Shown here piece by piece: positions 61,735 through 64,000 of a stretch of DNA of 64,000 nucleotides (position 1 is the first letter of the stretch; each line of letters opens with the position of its first letter). The DNA is from Octopus vulgaris (Eukaryota). Location: NCBI GenBank assembly GCA_951406725.2, contig OX597816.1, positions 106,268,001-106,332,000 of the forward strand. Direction: 5' to 3'. Both the position numbers and the translations under genes were made by a program. The notes beneath the pieces are model-generated. The model was not told the DNA's origin, did no database searches, and worked only from the letters and a program-made list of their open reading frames with translations.

Positions 61735-62457
61735 GGTGACCGGTAAATTCCACCACAGTATATTCTACCATAGGTGAAATTATCATTATCAAATCATTAT
61801 TTAGAAGGGTTCCACAATGCTTAGCACTCATCACTTAACATCCACACATCCAAATTTGTGGAAACTATGCACTGCCCTTAAATCTGAGGAAGGATTAAGC
61901 CATACAAAAATTGCACATGTTCAACGAGGAGACTCAACAACAACAAAAAAAATGATCTATCAAATTATTCATGCACAACTGAAAAAGCTAGTTCAGGAAT
62001 ATCAAAATGAAAACCCTCTGCAATTTTTAAGAAGTCTTGCACACAATTTGTCTTAAGAAATTTTTTTTTAATAAATTAAACTTTCTTATCCTAACTCTAC
62101 TTCACAATGTACTCGCTATTATTTTCTATCCTATTGTTATAATAAAATGTGTGCTAAAATTTGATCTTTTCTTTCTTTATCCCAAATTATATTATTTTTG
62201 AAATTCTGTGATGAGTCTTTTTCATAGATTCTTGCTCAATGGGAGTGCATTAAAGTGATCCATCTCAATTCAAGTAGATTATAAAGATTATGTTCTATCT
62301 CACCTTCAGACTCCCTCTCTCTCTTCTTAAAACTTCAGAGATAGACCAATTAAATAACATTTATTGACCCACAGTCTAGAGAAACTGACCACGGTGATTA
62401 TTAGCTGGTGGAATTTACCTATGGTAAAATTTACCACAGTGGAATTTACCTAGAACC
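61735..62457 (+). mobile_element. Non-autonomous Mutator-like (MULE) element with the transposase C-terminus
   Basis: GG..CC termini with inverted ggtaaattccacc subrepeats, set in (TA)n. LEGFHNA..HPNLWKLCTALKSEE..QFLRSLAHNL resembles animal MULE transposase C-termini (EGWH..HPNIW..YLR.IAHN). Confidence 0.75.
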
Positions 62458-63408
62458 ATATATATATAGGTTTAAGAGACAGAATCACCTTCAGGCAACT
62501 CAATCATCATTGAATGACATTATCCACAATATGTACATACAACCCATGCTAGCATGGAAAGCGGACGCTAAATGATGATGATGATGATAAGGACTAAATA
62601 TTAAAATTATCAAAATTAATACCTACAATTCTTATTCCAAATTATCAAAATTAATACCTTCAATTCTTATTACAAATCATATACTTTACATTATCTAGAC
62701 TACACGCATTTCATGACAACATATTCCTCAATATTGCTGAAATAGAATGTCTCTATACAATACCACATTAAAATGATTATATTGCCAATCTTCAGGTCTA
62801 TCTTATATGAACTTATTTTGCTATTTACATCGTATATTAAGACATGACAAACTAACATTATATAACTAAAAGTTGTTGAAATAATTTTACTTTAGTAAAT
62901 AATGAACAGAAATGTGGAATAAAAGTAGGAAAAAGAAATGTTAACTTATGTGTATGGTAATTTTCTCAAGAAAAGCCTGCAAAGATCATTGGCTCTTCTT
63001 CTATCTTCAAACGCAGCTTGTTATATATATATACACATATATATATATTCACAACAAAATAACAAAAATGTATTAAAAAATATAATGACAAAACCATAAA
63101 AATAAAAGTTTTATAGCTCATGTAAATGCTAGAAAGACTTCTAAATCATCCTGTACATTTTCTCATACAGTCTGTGTTATTTTAGTTACTGTAATTCAAA
63201 TCTTCTTTAGATGTAAATTCTCAGATATTTTGGTGGAAAACAAGCTGCTGTGTAAATGATTTAAATATTAATTTCATTTAACAATCACAATTTTCCAGCC
63301 CTCTTTCCTGAAAAGAAGACAAATGTTTATACATTTCAGCTTCATTACACAGCTTCACTCAGATTTATTTTTCTTTGTTCTTAATGTATTTATCTGAAAC
63401 TATTTCAG

Positions 63409-63467
63409 AGAAATTGATAAAAGCAGTTGTATCTTTCCTACAAAATACCAACCACTCAAGGCACCAG
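63409..63467 (+). CDS. WDCP: WDCP exon, last visible in window (gene continues downstream)
   Basis: tttcag|A..CCAG|gtaact; REIDKSSCIFPTKYQPLKAP. Phases 2/1; no stop reached. Confidence 0.8.
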
Positions 63468-64000
63468 GTAACTTTTCTAATTTTATTTCTTCTGTTTCTC
63501 CCAATATACTAACTTAACAATTATATTTGTCTTTCAGTAAATTGAATTTGTGGCTGAATTGTAGCATTCATGCCCCTCACAATGGTATTAACTAATCTAG
63601 TGAAAAGACTCCAACATCACATTTCTTTTCCCAAAAAGATTATTATTATTTGTGTTAGTTTACAGAAATCATCATCACCATCATTTAACATCCATATACC
63701 AAGCTGGTATAGGTAGGATAGCTTGACAGAGAACTGGCAAGCTGCAAGGCTGCATTCAGCTCCAATGAAATATGAACGAATATATCAAAGAAATGGTATG
63801 CATTAGGGTTTCTGATACAGCCTTGTTATACTATCTACCCACCACCATCCAGTTGATTTTTTTTTTTTAATCTTGGAATGTGACAGTTAAGTGAACTACC
63901 AGGAGACTAATCTATTTGCAGAAGAACTATTCATTCATATTTTATAATTTCATTAGTACAGTACAAGAACCTATTTCCCTCTCCTCCCCCAAACCATGAC

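Noticed and set aside
135-62056. The remaining short ORFs in the six-frame track
   Set aside because: They translate microsatellites, SINEs or AT-rich intron sequence, often from non-ATG starts, with no recognisable domains.

Overview
AT-rich, repeat-dense eukaryotic DNA. The SINE/LINE/MITE repertoire resembles a coleoid cephalopod (Octopus-like) genome; this is inferred from remembered repeat families, not from a search. The window lies inside one large + strand gene, a WDCP (C2orf44, WD-repeat and coiled-coil protein) orthologue. I could reconstruct 13 internal GT-AG coding exons (2669-63467, 1791 nt, about 597 codons, phase-consistent). The start and stop exons appear to lie outside the window. 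Most small ORFs in the supplied track are spurious translations of repeats. The introns carry a young 5'-truncated RTE-clade LINE (49498-52439) whose open ORF has a C4HC3 PHD finger inserted inside the RT C-terminal region, and an old decayed copy with the same architecture (20630-21000). They also hold a CR1 fragment, Tc1, mariner, MULE, Helitron, hAT and piggyBac-type elements, a GG..CC element with an 8-bp TSD carrying a Chapaev-like fragment, a Penelope-type minimal hammerhead relic, several long hairpins and many tRNA-like SINEs. The most notable system is the PHD-bearing RTE family, which has inserted twice into the (TA)n tract of the same SINE family in the same relative orientation.
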